A stretch of 64,000 nt of DNA from an archaeon (lineage in GTDB: Archaea; Micrarchaeota; Micrarchaeia; Norongarragalinales; UBA97). A program made the translations under genes and the position numbers. The DNA is taken from contig JAGVFW010000014.1 of the NCBI GenBank assembly GCA_020057405.1, positions 32,001 through 96,000 of the forward strand, given 5' to 3'. Position 1 is the stretch's first letter. Every line of letters begins with the position of its first letter. Positions 47,187 to 57,696 of this stretch are shown here, piece after piece. The notes under the pieces are model-generated. The model worked only from the letters and a program-made list of their open reading frames with translations, had not been told where the DNA came from and did not search any database.

Positions 47187-47618
47187 ATGAGGAATCTCTT
47201 GCTTGGACTTTTCGCGGTTTTCCTGCTCGCAGGCTGCCTGGGTGACGGTGCGCAAGCCACGCCCACGCCCGTTGCAACTGTTGAGCCTACCCCGGTCCCT
47301 ACTGTCGAGATTACGCCTCCGCCGGCCCCGACTGAAGCGCCAAGCGTTGAGCCCACGCCAGTTTATGAGGAGACCGACAAAGTCACTATAATCTATGGCG
47401 GATTTAGCCCGCAGTTCATCAAGGTTGCCGCTGGCACGAAAGTCACTTGGGAGAACCAGGAGTCTGCTCTGCACAGCGTCGACGCGGTTGACGGCTCGTT
47501 CACTTCAGGCTATATCGCCGGACGCCAGTCGTGGAGCTACACGTTTGACACTGCAGGCACTTTTGAGTACACTGACGAGACTGCTGGTGGCAAGACCGGC
47601 ACCGTAGTGGTGCAGTAA
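47187..47618 (+). CDS. Cupredoxin-fold lipoprotein-like protein
   Basis: LLAGC; PT linker; FSP..IKV..GTKVTWEN..H..SYTFDTAGTFEY. Confidence 0.85.
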   Translation: MRNLLLGLFAVFLLAGCLGDGAQATPTPVATVEPTPVPTVEITPPPAPTEAPSVEPTPVYEETDKVTIIYGGFSPQFIKVAAGTKVTWENQESALHSVDAVDGSFTSGYIAGRQSWSYTFDTAGTFEYTDETAGGKTGTVVVQ

Positions 47619-48104
47619 ATGAAGTCACTTGCCCTCGTGCTCTTGGCCGCAGTCCTCCTCATGGGCTGCACGCAACCCGCGGCAACCCCGACGCCAGTCC
47701 CAACCGCAATTGCAACTCCAGTGCCGACGGTAATTGCAACGCCGGTTCCGACTGTCGAGGCGACTGCGACGCCAACTCCGGCTCCGGAGTTTAAGGAATC
47801 TACCCTCAAGGACTTTACCACCGAGTGCAGCGGCAAGTACGCGCTTAGTGGCTTCATCAAGAAGGACGAAGTGCGGGAAGGCGGCAACATAAACCAGGGC
47901 GGCAACTTGACGAAAATGTGGATTGCTTACGATGGCGCAGGCGCTTTTGTACCCCTCGCGGGCTACCCGCCGACAGTCAAGCCCAAGACCATTGACGCCA
48001 GCTCGAGTGTCGAGTACAACTACTACGGCGTAGCAGATCCCCACCCGACTTCAGAGTTCAAGTGCTGGCTTAGAATCGAGAAAATGGCCGACTCGACGGG
48101 CTAA
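47619..48104 (+). CDS. Lipoprotein-like surface protein with ATPVPT repeats
   Basis: LLMGC signal and repeated (I/E)ATPVPT linker. Confidence 0.75.
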   Translation: MKSLALVLLAAVLLMGCTQPAATPTPVPTAIATPVPTVIATPVPTVEATATPTPAPEFKESTLKDFTTECSGKYALSGFIKKDEVREGGNINQGGNLTKMWIAYDGAGAFVPLAGYPPTVKPKTIDASSSVEYNYYGVADPHPTSEFKCWLRIEKMADSTG

Positions 48105-48315
48105 CGCAACGGCTTTTAACTCTTCACGCCCTACTAATGCATTATGGTGGGTCGGAAACTAGTTTTCCACCAATTCGGCGCTCGACGCGCCTTTAGCAGC
48201 AGTCTTTTTGGCAATTTGAACCCCTAGCGAGCCGCTTGGGGCAATTAGAGGGAGCAGATGACGGCAAACGCGGAAAAAAGCGATTGGCGCCTGCTTCATG
48301 CGAGTTGAACTGCAC

Positions 48316-49668
48316 ATGTCCAGCCACCCGATTGACTACCGTTACGGAAGCAAGGAAATGCGGGCCGTTTGGGACGAGGAGCAGCGGCTTGACTACTATT
48401 TGAAGGTCGAGGCGGCCCTCGCCAGGGCCCTTGCCAAACTGGGCAAAATCCCGGCCCCCGCGGCAAAAGAGATTACTGGGAAGGCGGACTCCAAGCACGT
48501 CAAGCTCGCCCGCGTGCGCGCGATTGAGGCCGAGACCAAGCACGACGTCATGGCCATGGTCAAGGCGCTCACGGAACAGTGCGGCGAGGCGGGCAAGTAC
48601 GTCCACCTGACTGCAACTAGCTACGACATTGTCGACACGGCGCAAGCCATCCAACTCAAGGAAGGCCTCGGGATTCTAGTCAAAAAAGGCAAGAAACTGC
48701 TTGGCACGCTAGTCCACCAGGCGGAAAAGCACGCCGGCACGACGATGGTCGGCCGGACGCACGGCCAGCACGCCCTGCCAATAACTCTTGGCTTCAAGCT
48801 CGCCAACTACGCCGAAAAGCTGGGCAGTGGCATCCGCAACCTCGAGTGGGACCGGGAAAACCTCGTTCAGGCCAAATTCTCTGGTGCAGTCGGCACTTAC
48901 AGCGCGCAAACGCTTTACGAAATGAAGGGCACGTCTCTCGAGCAAGCCGTGATGAAGGAGCTCGGCTTGACCCCAGCGCCAATCAGCACGCAAGTCGTGG
49001 CGCGCGAGAACATCGCCCGCATTGTCGCCGACATGGCGGTTGTCGCAGGCAGCCTCGAGCAGATGGCAAAGGAAGTGAGGAACTTGCAGCGCACCGAGAT
49101 TGGCGAACTGGGCGAGCCTTTTGGCAAGAGCCAAGTCGGGTCAAGCACGATGGCGCAAAAGAAGAACCCCGTTGACTGCGAGAACGTGTGCGCCAACGCG
49201 CGCGTCGTGCGCAGCTGCGTGGCGGTTGCACTAGAAAACATTGCACTCGAGCACGAGCGGGACTTGACTAACAGCGCAAGCGAGCGGAGCATGCTGCCAA
49301 CCGCGTTCATTCTTTTAGACGACATGCTGGATAGGATGGAAGGGGTGATGGCCGGGCTTGTTGTCAATGAGGAGCAAATGCGCTACAATTTGGGCCTCAC
49401 CCGCGGGGCAATCATGGCGGAAGCGCTCATCACGCACCTCGTCAAGAAGGGCATCGGCAGGCAGGACGCCCACGAGCTCATGCGCATTGCCTCGCAAAAG
49501 GCCATCCGCGAGGGCCGGGACTTGAAGGAAGTGATTTTGGAGGACAAAATCGCGATGAATACGTTTTCTGAACAAGAGTTGGCTGAGCTTCTTGATTACT
49601 CCAACTACACGGGCCAGGCAATCGAGAAGACGAAGGAAATCATCAACAAGTGGGGAAAGTGGGCATGA
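48316..49668 (+). CDS. purB: Adenylosuccinate lyase
   Basis: PIDYRYGS, HDV, GRTHGQHA, GSSTMAQKKNP. Confidence 0.95.
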   Translation: MSSHPIDYRYGSKEMRAVWDEEQRLDYYLKVEAALARALAKLGKIPAPAAKEITGKADSKHVKLARVRAIEAETKHDVMAMVKALTEQCGEAGKYVHLTATSYDIVDTAQAIQLKEGLGILVKKGKKLLGTLVHQAEKHAGTTMVGRTHGQHALPITLGFKLANYAEKLGSGIRNLEWDRENLVQAKFSGAVGTYSAQTLYEMKGTSLEQAVMKELGLTPAPISTQVVARENIARIVADMAVVAGSLEQMAKEVRNLQRTEIGELGEPFGKSQVGSSTMAQKKNPVDCENVCANARVVRSCVAVALENIALEHERDLTNSASERSMLPTAFILLDDMLDRMEGVMAGLVVNEEQMRYNLGLTRGAIMAEALITHLVKKGIGRQDAHELMRIASQKAIREGRDLKEVILEDKIAMNTFSEQELAELLDYSNYTGQAIEKTKEIINKWGKWA

Positions 49669-50690
49669 AAGGACTTGACTACGAGAGTGCCGGCATCAGG
49701 GGCCTTGGGAAAGACAAGAGCCGCAAGAACTTTGAACTCCTTGAAGCCAGCCACAAGTTTGCAAAAGGCCCGCTTCTGCAACTGCCTTTCAACACGCTTT
49801 ACCCCGTCGGGGGCAGCCTATACCACACCAAGTGCAGCGACGGCGTTGGCACTAAAGTGCTCTTGGCCGAACTGGCTGGCAAGCACGACACCATCGGCAT
49901 CGACGCGGTCGCCATGGTCGCAAACGACTGCATCCGCTGCGGGGCAACGCCGCTTGCGCTAACTAACACCATTGACGCGACCGACCCGAGCGAGAGCCTC
50001 GTAAGCGAGCTGATGACGGGACTTCTGGAGGGCGCGATGCAGGCGCAAGTTCCCATGGTTGCCGGAGAGACCGCCAGCCTGCCCGACATTTTCAAGGCAG
50101 GCTACATCGTCAACTGCGACATTGTTGGCGAGGTGGCGGCAAACGACGTGATTGACGGCAAGTCGGTTGCAAAAGGCGATTGCATCATTGGCCTGCGCTC
50201 AAGCGGGCTGCACTCTAACGGAATCACGCTTGCACGAAAGGCGTTGTTCAAGAAGTGGGGCGGAAAATACGATGCAATGACTAAGCCACCGGGCATGGAG
50301 CGCGAACTTGTGCTAGAGTGCCTCGAGCCGACCAAAATCTACGTCAAGGAATTCGCTGCCTTGCGAAAGAAAGTCAGGGTCAAGGCCGCAGTGCACATCA
50401 CCGGCGACGCTTACGCGAAATTCAGCCACTTGGGGGCGCCCCTTGGTTTTGAGTTTGACCACTTCGAGCCCCAGGAGATTTTCTTCACCATCCAAAAGGC
50501 AGGCAACGTAAGCAGCCAGGAGATGTTCAAGCGGTTCAACATGGGCTGGGGTTTTGCGGTAATCGTCGCCGAGGCGGATGTCGGGGGGGCGCTAAAGGCG
50601 CTTGGGAAAGACGCGGCGCAAATCGGCCGCGTGACAGACTCCCGAAAGGTCATAATTAACTACAAGAAAAAAGAATTGAGGATAAGGTAA
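49665..50690 (+). CDS. purM: AIR synthetase
   Basis: DGVGTK, GIDAVAM, GETA, SSGLHSNG, HITG, FNMG. Confidence 0.95.
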   Translation: MKGLDYESAGIRGLGKDKSRKNFELLEASHKFAKGPLLQLPFNTLYPVGGSLYHTKCSDGVGTKVLLAELAGKHDTIGIDAVAMVANDCIRCGATPLALTNTIDATDPSESLVSELMTGLLEGAMQAQVPMVAGETASLPDIFKAGYIVNCDIVGEVAANDVIDGKSVAKGDCIIGLRSSGLHSNGITLARKALFKKWGGKYDAMTKPPGMERELVLECLEPTKIYVKEFAALRKKVRVKAAVHITGDAYAKFSHLGAPLGFEFDHFEPQEIFFTIQKAGNVSSQEMFKRFNMGWGFAVIVAEADVGGALKALGKDAAQIGRVTDSRKVIINYKKKELRIR

Positions 50691-50697
50691 TCGGGCG

Positions 50698-51585
50698 ATG
50701 AAGGGAATTTCAAGAACTGAACTGCCGGGGCTAAGGCTCTTCAAGCGCGGCAAAGTGCGCGACGTCTACGACTTGGGCGACTCGCTTCTCTTCGTCGCTA
50801 CCGACAGGGTGAGCGTCTACGACGTCGTGCTCCCGACACCCATTCCCGGCAAGGGCGCGATTTTGACGCAAATGAGCAACTTCTGGTTCGAGAAGACAAA
50901 AAGCATTTGCGAAAACCACTTGCTTGAGACGAAGTGGGAAAAAATGCCGACTCAAATAACCGCCTTTCCCGAACTAAAGGGCCGAAGCGCGATTGTGAAG
51001 AAGACGGCAGTCTTTCCGGTCGAGTGCGTTGTGAGGGGCTACATCGCGGGGAGCGGCTGGAGCGATTATAAGAAGACGGGCGAAGTTTGCGGCATCCCGC
51101 TTGCGGCCGGGCTAAAGGAAAGCGAAAAGCTCGCCGAACCCATTTTCACCCCGGCGACGAAAGCCGAGACTGGCCACGACGAGAACATTTCCTTCGAACG
51201 CGCGTGCGAGATTGCGGGCAAGCCCGAGATGGAGGCCCTGCGCGAACTAAGCATCCGCATTTACACTATGGCCGAAGCGCACGCGCGGGAACATGGCGTC
51301 ATCATTGCAGACACTAAATTCGAATTCGGCATGCTTAACGGGAAAATCACCCTCATTGACGAAGTGCTGACCCCCGACAGCTCAAGATTCTGGCCCGCTG
51401 AAGACTACCACACCGGCGGCGGGCAAAAGAGTTTTGACAAGCAATTCGTGCGGGACTACGCCGCAAGCACGGGATGGGACAAGACCCCGCCCGGGCCGAA
51501 CTTGCCTGCGGAAGTTGTCGAGCAGACGCGAGCGAAGTACGAACTAGCATTTGAGAGAATTACTGGAAGAAAGTTCGAGGAGTAA
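50698..51585 (+). CDS. purC: SAICAR synthetase
   Basis: GKVRDVY, ECVVRGY, FTPATKA, DTKFEFG, DEVLTPDSSRFW. Confidence 0.96.
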   Translation: MKGISRTELPGLRLFKRGKVRDVYDLGDSLLFVATDRVSVYDVVLPTPIPGKGAILTQMSNFWFEKTKSICENHLLETKWEKMPTQITAFPELKGRSAIVKKTAVFPVECVVRGYIAGSGWSDYKKTGEVCGIPLAAGLKESEKLAEPIFTPATKAETGHDENISFERACEIAGKPEMEALRELSIRIYTMAEAHAREHGVIIADTKFEFGMLNGKITLIDEVLTPDSSRFWPAEDYHTGGGQKSFDKQFVRDYAASTGWDKTPPGPNLPAEVVEQTRAKYELAFERITGRKFEE

Positions 51586-51589
51586 AAAG

Positions 51590-54556
51590 ATGACACACCG
51601 AATCGAAGTTGCATTCAAGCCCGGAGTCAAGGACGCGCTAGGCGAACGCACTGCCAAAAAAGTCCACGACGACGTCCACCTAACCGTTAATGGAGTCAGG
51701 ACGGTTGAAATCTACCTCATCGAGGACAACCTGAACTCCAAGCACCTCGACTTGGTTGCGAAGGAAGTGTTTGCGGACGCGATTGTCAACGACTGGGCCG
51801 TAGACCGCCCGATTGCGAAGAAAACCGACTTTGACTACATCATCGAAGTCGGCTACCTGCCGGGTGTTACCGACAATGTCGGCCACACTGCAAAGGAAGC
51901 GATTGAAGATGCGATTGGCCGCAAACTGAAAGGCGGCGTTTTCTCGGCAAGGCAATATCTTGTCAGGGGCATCCGCGCGACCGCGCAGGCTGAAGCTATT
52001 GTCAAGGGACTTTTGGCAAACCCGCTAATCGAACGCTGGCAAATCAAGTCGTCGCAAGAGTGGGATGAGAAGCGCGGGTTTGGGAACACGCTCCCGACAG
52101 TGCGGCTTGAAGAGCAGGCCGAGAAAGTCAAGGAAGTCAGGGTAATTGAAGCCAGTGACGACGGCCTGGCGATTTTGAGCCGCAACATGTCCCTCGCCTT
52201 AAGCCGCGACGAGATGAAGGTGATTCGGGATTACTTTGCCCTCGGCCGGGTGAGAAACGAGCGCAAGAAGCACAAGCTTCCCGAGAACCCTACTGACGTT
52301 GAGCTTGAGGCAATTGCGCAAACCTGGAGCGAGCACTGCAAGCACAAGATATTCAATGCGCAAATCGAGTACGACGAGAATGGCAAGTCGCGCAAGGTTA
52401 ACTCGCTCTTCAAGACTTATGTGCGGGGTGCGACCGCGCAAACGAAAAAACCGTGGCTGGTGAGCGTCTTTACCGACAACGCCGGCATCATCGAGTTTAA
52501 CGACGAATGGAACCTGGCGGTAAAGGTCGAGACGCACAACGCGCCAAGCGCCCTTGACCCGTACGGCGGGGCACTGACGGGCATTGTCGGAGTCAACCGC
52601 GACATCATGGGCGCCGGCTTGGGCGCAAAGCTTCTCTTCAACACCGACGTGTTCTGCTTCGCACCACCAGACGCAAAGAGCGCCTCAGGCGTACTCCCGC
52701 CAAAGAGGATTGCTGAAGGCGTGCGCAAGGGCGTTGCAGACGGCGGGAACAAGACTGGCGTGCCCACCGTGAATGGAGCTATTGTTTTTGACGAGCGCTT
52801 CCTGTACCGGCCACTCGTTTACTGCGGGACTGGCGGGATGCTGCCAAAGAAGGCGGCCGGCAGGGCGACGCACAAGAAGGAAGTCGCAAACGGCGATTTG
52901 ATAGTCATGGTCGGCGGCCGCATTGGAAAAGACGGCATCCACGGGGCGACAATGTCGTCAATGCACATCGACGCGCACTCTCCCGCAAGCGCAGTGCAGT
53001 TGGGCGATCCCATTACGCAAAAACGCATGGCCGACTTCCTGCTTGAAGCGCGCGACGCCGGGCTCTACACCGCAATTACTGACAACGGCGCTGGCGGACT
53101 CTCGAGCAGCGTTGGGGAAATGGCGCAGCTAAGCGGCGGGTTCGAGCTGCACTTGGAAAAGGCACCCGCCAAGTACGCAGGACTCCTGCCTTGGGAGATT
53201 CTCGTGAGCGAGGCGCAGGAGCGCATGACTGTTGCCGTACCGCCGGCGAAGATGCCGGAATTTGAGAAACTTGCTGCAAAGCACGGCGTTGAGGCAACGG
53301 CCTTGGGCAAGTTTACAAAGAGCGGAAAGTTCCACTGCCTCTACAACGGCAAGACTGTCGCGCTTTTGGACATGGCGTTTCTCCACGAGGGCGTGCCGCA
53401 GCTAAAGCTTCGGGCCAAGTGGTCACCGACGGCAGCGGTTGAAGCGCAGGTGCACGAGGCTGGCGACTTGACTGAATCGCTGAAAAAAGTCCTCGCTAGG
53501 TACAACGTGTGCTCGAAAGAGTATGTTGTGCGCCAGTACGACCACGAAGTGCAGGGCGGCAGCGTAGTCAAGCCCCTGACTGGAGCGGAGAACGACGGGC
53601 CAAGCGACGCCGGCGTGCTGCGGCCCATTTTGTCTGGTTTTGGGGGAATTGCGGTCGCGAACGGCATTTGCCCCAAGTTCGGGGACTCCGACGCTTACGT
53701 GATGGCCGCAAATGCCGTTGACGAGGCGGCAAGAAATTGCGTTGCAGTCGGGGGCAACATCGAGCACATGGCCGCCCTAGACAACTTTAGCTGGTGCGAC
53801 CCGCTTCCCGCAATCAACAACACTGATGCGGCCAACAAGTTAGGCGCGCTAATCCGGGCCTGCGAGGGCCTGCACGACGCTTGCGTGGCTTACGGCATTC
53901 CCCTCATCAGCGGGAAGGACAGCATGAAGAACGATTTCATCATGGCCGACGGGAAACGAAAGAGCATTCCCCCGACTCTGCTCGTCACTGCAGTTGCCAA
54001 AGTCAATGACGTGAGAAAAGCAGTGACTATGGATGTCAAGAAGCCGGGCGACGTGGTCTACATTGCAGGGGAGACGCGAAACGAGCTTGGCGCAAGCGAG
54101 TACTACGCAATGCAGGTCGAGAGTGGCGGTAAGACGCCCGTGCCGGACTTCAAGCGCAACCTTCGGCTCTACAAGGCGATGTCTAAAGCAATTGCAGCCG
54201 GGCTTGTCCGCAGCTGCCACGACGCCAGTGACGGCGGGCTTGCGGCTGCGCTTGCCGAAAGCGCTTTTGCGGGCGGACTCGGGTTAAAAGTTGACTTAAA
54301 GGGCGTGCCGAGAAATATTGACATCAAGAACTCGGCCGAACTGCTTTTCAGCGAAAGTGCGGGGCGGTTCGTAATCACTGTTGCAAAAGAGCACGCCAAG
54401 GAATTCGAAAAGCATATGGCGGGCAATGCCGTTGCCGCGGTCGGTGGAGTGACTGCCGATGGCATTCTTGAAGTGGCGGGCATTGACGGAAGCACGGCGC
54501 TAAAGGCGCCCATTGCGGAGTTGAAGCAGGCATGGCAAGGACCATTAGGAAAATAG
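51590..54556 (+). CDS. purL: FGAM synthase PurL with fused N-terminal PurS-like domains
   Basis: PGVKD/PGVTD..NPLIE PurS-like repeats; WSEHCKH, KVETHN.PS, SEAQERM, ISGKDS. Confidence 0.95.
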   Translation: MTHRIEVAFKPGVKDALGERTAKKVHDDVHLTVNGVRTVEIYLIEDNLNSKHLDLVAKEVFADAIVNDWAVDRPIAKKTDFDYIIEVGYLPGVTDNVGHTAKEAIEDAIGRKLKGGVFSARQYLVRGIRATAQAEAIVKGLLANPLIERWQIKSSQEWDEKRGFGNTLPTVRLEEQAEKVKEVRVIEASDDGLAILSRNMSLALSRDEMKVIRDYFALGRVRNERKKHKLPENPTDVELEAIAQTWSEHCKHKIFNAQIEYDENGKSRKVNSLFKTYVRGATAQTKKPWLVSVFTDNAGIIEFNDEWNLAVKVETHNAPSALDPYGGALTGIVGVNRDIMGAGLGAKLLFNTDVFCFAPPDAKSASGVLPPKRIAEGVRKGVADGGNKTGVPTVNGAIVFDERFLYRPLVYCGTGGMLPKKAAGRATHKKEVANGDLIVMVGGRIGKDGIHGATMSSMHIDAHSPASAVQLGDPITQKRMADFLLEARDAGLYTAITDNGAGGLSSSVGEMAQLSGGFELHLEKAPAKYAGLLPWEILVSEAQERMTVAVPPAKMPEFEKLAAKHGVEATALGKFTKSGKFHCLYNGKTVALLDMAFLHEGVPQLKLRAKWSPTAAVEAQVHEAGDLTESLKKVLARYNVCSKEYVVRQYDHEVQGGSVVKPLTGAENDGPSDAGVLRPILSGFGGIAVANGICPKFGDSDAYVMAANAVDEAARNCVAVGGNIEHMAALDNFSWCDPLPAINNTDAANKLGALIRACEGLHDACVAYGIPLISGKDSMKNDFIMADGKRKSIPPTLLVTAVAKVNDVRKAVTMDVKKPGDVVYIAGETRNELGASEYYAMQVESGGKTPVPDFKRNLRLYKAMSKAIAAGLVRSCHDASDGGLAAALAESAFAGGLGLKVDLKGVPRNIDIKNSAELLFSESAGRFVITVAKEHAKEFEKHMAGNAVAAVGGVTADGILEVAGIDGSTALKAPIAELKQAWQGPLGK

Positions 54557-54582
54557 TCAAGCACAAGAAAACGGGGCCCCGG

Positions 54583-55551
54583 ATGCCAAAGGCAAAGGCC
54601 AAAATAAGGGAAAAAATCAAGCCAAAGAAAAAAATCGCAGTCAAAAAGCAGGTAAAGAAAATGGCGCAAAAACAAACTAAACCGGCAGTAAAGAAGCAAA
54701 AGCCGGCCCCGGTCGAAAGCAAGCCCGTAGTCCTACTACCCCGCGTCAGGCGCGGGGACGGGAAAGTGAGGGCGTGCGTGCTTTACGGCTTTGGGATAAA
54801 CTGCGATTACGAGACTGCGCATGCTTTTGCATCTGCGGGAGCCATTGGCGAGCGCGTGCACGTCAACGACCTCATCACGGGCGCAAGAACGCTGAGGGAA
54901 TTTGAGATACTGGCGTTTCCGGGCGGGTTTAGCTTTGGCGACGACCTTGGAAGCGGCAAAGTGCTTGCCAACAAGTTCAAGTTCCACCTCCAAGACGAGT
55001 TGCAGCAGTTCGTAAAGGACGGCATGCTGGTTGCAGGAATTTGCAACGGCTTCCAGTCAATTGCCAAGCTCGGGCTCCTGCCGGCCTTCGCAGGCCACTA
55101 CAAGGAGCAGACGACCACGCTCACTTTCAACGATTCAAGCCGCTTTGAAGACAGGTGGGTGCGCCTGGCGTTTGACAAGAAGAACCCGTGCGTGTGGACC
55201 AAGGGCATCGAGCGCATGTACCTGCCCGTGAGGCACGGCGAGGGCAAGTTCGCAGCAAGCGAATTGATGCTAAAGAAGCTGGACGAGAGGCATTTGGCGG
55301 TTGCAAAGTACGCTGACTCCAAATGGAAGCCGACGATGGAGTATCCCGACAACCCAAACGGTTCGATGCACTCTATTGCCGCCGCCTGCGACGAGACGGG
55401 GCGGGTGTTCGGGATAATGCCGCACCCCGAGGCGTTTACCGACGAGACGAACCACCCGCGCTGGACGCGGGGGTCTGCCCACGAGGAAAACGGGCTCGGG
55501 CTGCAAGTGTTTGAAAACGCGGTGAAGTACGCGCGCGAAAAATTGATTTGA
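54583..55551 (+). CDS. purQ: FGAM synthase glutaminase subunit with Lys-rich N-terminal extension
   Basis: GINCDYE, PGGFSFGD, GICNGFQ, RHGEG, MPHPE; start uncertain (54532, 54583 or 54661). Confidence 0.93.
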   Translation: MPKAKAKIREKIKPKKKIAVKKQVKKMAQKQTKPAVKKQKPAPVESKPVVLLPRVRRGDGKVRACVLYGFGINCDYETAHAFASAGAIGERVHVNDLITGARTLREFEILAFPGGFSFGDDLGSGKVLANKFKFHLQDELQQFVKDGMLVAGICNGFQSIAKLGLLPAFAGHYKEQTTTLTFNDSSRFEDRWVRLAFDKKNPCVWTKGIERMYLPVRHGEGKFAASELMLKKLDERHLAVAKYADSKWKPTMEYPDNPNGSMHSIAAACDETGRVFGIMPHPEAFTDETNHPRWTRGSAHEENGLGLQVFENAVKYAREKLI

Positions 55552-55561
55552 AAGGTGTGGA

Positions 55562-56569
55562 ATGATGAAGCAAAAGATTGCGACTATTGGCAGCCACAGC
55601 GCACTCCAGATTTTGAGGGGCGCCAAGGATGAGGGCTTTGAGACCATAGTCGTTACCACGCCGAGAAATGCCAAGGTCTACCATGCATTCGGCGTTGCGG
55701 ACCAGTTCATCGAATTGGAGAATTACGCCGACTTTGCCTCTATTGACGCCAGGCTTGTGAAGGAAAACGCAATCATCGTGCCCCACGGTTCGTTCAACGC
55801 TTATGTCAGCAAGGCGGATTACGACTCGCTTAAGACGCCCGTCTTCGGCAGCAAGGCGATTTTGGAGTGGGAGACCGACAGGCTAAAGCAACGCGAGTGG
55901 CTGGAGAAATCGCAGCTTCGCGTGCCGAAAAACTTCCACAGCGCGGGAGACATCGACCGACCGACCATAGTGAAGTACTACGGCGCGCGGGGGGGCAAGG
56001 GCTACTTTTTTGCGAAAAACGAAAAAGAGTTCGAGGCCGGCGTGGAGAAGTCGGGCAGGAGCCCGCTAATCATCCAGGAATACATCGTCGGCGTGCCGTT
56101 CTACATCCACTACTTCCATTCTGCCCTGACTGGGGAAACTGAAATCATGAGCATGGACAAGCGCTACGAGACGAACGTCGACTCGCTTGGAAGAATTCCA
56201 CTCAAGCACCAGGAAGACATTGACATCGACCCGTCTTTCGTCGTCGTCGGCAACCTTCCGATTGTGATGCGCGAGTCAATGCTTGCCGAGTCCCTTGAGA
56301 TGGCCGAGCGCCTGGTAAGTGCGAGCAAGAAAATTGCCGGGCCCAAGGGGCTCTATGGCCCGTTCTGCCTTGAGACAATCATCACTCCCGAAGAAGAAAT
56401 GTACGTAATTGAGGTCAGCGCCCGCATCGTGGCGGGAACGAATGCGTTTATTCCCGACTCGCCTTACACGGCACTGCGTTACAGCAAGCCGGTTAGCACG
56501 GGCAGGCGCATCGCGATGGAAATCAAGCAGGCGATTGAGGAAAACAAATTGGGGAGCGTGCTGGATTAA
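55562..56569 (+). CDS. purP: Formate-dependent FAICAR synthetase (PurP)
   Basis: IATIGSHSALQI, PHGSF, GGKGYF, VVGN.P, EVSARIVAGTN. Confidence 0.92.
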   Translation: MMKQKIATIGSHSALQILRGAKDEGFETIVVTTPRNAKVYHAFGVADQFIELENYADFASIDARLVKENAIIVPHGSFNAYVSKADYDSLKTPVFGSKAILEWETDRLKQREWLEKSQLRVPKNFHSAGDIDRPTIVKYYGARGGKGYFFAKNEKEFEAGVEKSGRSPLIIQEYIVGVPFYIHYFHSALTGETEIMSMDKRYETNVDSLGRIPLKHQEDIDIDPSFVVVGNLPIVMRESMLAESLEMAERLVSASKKIAGPKGLYGPFCLETIITPEEEMYVIEVSARIVAGTNAFIPDSPYTALRYSKPVSTGRRIAMEIKQAIEENKLGSVLD

Positions 56570-57694
56570 ATGAAGCTCTTGACGGGTTATGACGAAAAGC
56601 GGCTGTGGGTCGCGACTTTAGGCAGCCACAGCGCACTTGACATTTGCGAGGGAGCAAAATCCGAGAAGCTGCCGACTATCGTCGTTTGCGCAAAAGGCCG
56701 CGAACGGACTTACGCCGTGCACTACAAGAGCCGCGAGTTACTCGGCAAGCCCGCCGGGTGCGTTGACGACGTGATTATGGTCGAGAAGATGGCGCAAGTG
56801 GTTTCCCCGCCAGTTGTCACGGCCTTGCGAAAACGCCACGCCATTTTCGTTCCCCACAAGAGCCTCACGGCCTATGCCGGATACGATGCGGTTGAGAAAG
56901 AGTTTGACGTGCCACTTTTCGGAAACCGGATGCTCATGCGCGCAGAAGAGCGTGGCGCGTCTAAGGACCAGAACTACTTGTTCGAGAAGGCGGGGCTTCG
57001 GACTCCGGCAAAATTCAAGAGCCCGTCGCAAATCGACCGCGTGGCAATAGTGAAGGCCATTGACGAGAGGCGCGGTTACTACGAGCGGGCCTTCTTCCTT
57101 GCCGCAAGCGCAAAAGATTACGAAAAGCGGGCGGCCGAGTTGCTTGATAAAAAGATTGTCAGCAAGGCCGGCCTCGAGTCGGCGGTCATTGAAGAGTTCG
57201 TGATGGGCGGCCAAGTGAACTTCAACTTTTTTTCATCGCCCTTGACTGGCGAAATTGAGTTGCTCGGCACCGACTTTCGGCGCCAGACTAACATTGACGG
57301 CGTGCTCCGCCTTCCGGCCTCTGAGCAGGCGCAGTGGATTTCTGCAGGCGGGAGAATTTCAAACGTAGAGATGGGCCACGTGGCCTCAACCGTTAGGGAA
57401 AGCCTGCTTGAGCCCGCTTTTGAGGCGGGCGAAAGGTTCGCGGACGCGTGCGCAAGAGAGTACGCCCTGGGAATCATCGGCCCGTTTGCACTGCAGGGCG
57501 CAATCGCACAGGCAGAAACTAAGGAAGAGTTCGTCGTGTTTGACGCATCGCTGCGCGTGCCGGGTTCGCCAGGCACTAGGTTCACGCCGTACTCGCAGGC
57601 GCTTTGGGGCACTGCAGTGAGCGTGGGCAAGCGCATTGCGATGGAAATCAAGGAAGCGGTCAAACAAGAGCGGCTTGGCGAGGTTGTCACTTAG
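56570..57694 (+). CDS. Second PurP-like ATP-grasp protein
   Basis: ATLGSHSALDI, FGNR, ERAFF, IGPFALQ, RVPGSPG. Confidence 0.88.
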   Translation: MKLLTGYDEKRLWVATLGSHSALDICEGAKSEKLPTIVVCAKGRERTYAVHYKSRELLGKPAGCVDDVIMVEKMAQVVSPPVVTALRKRHAIFVPHKSLTAYAGYDAVEKEFDVPLFGNRMLMRAEERGASKDQNYLFEKAGLRTPAKFKSPSQIDRVAIVKAIDERRGYYERAFFLAASAKDYEKRAAELLDKKIVSKAGLESAVIEEFVMGGQVNFNFFSSPLTGEIELLGTDFRRQTNIDGVLRLPASEQAQWISAGGRISNVEMGHVASTVRESLLEPAFEAGERFADACAREYALGIIGPFALQGAIAQAETKEEFVVFDASLRVPGSPGTRFTPYSQALWGTAVSVGKRIAMEIKEAVKQERLGEVVT

Positions 57695-57696
57695 CA

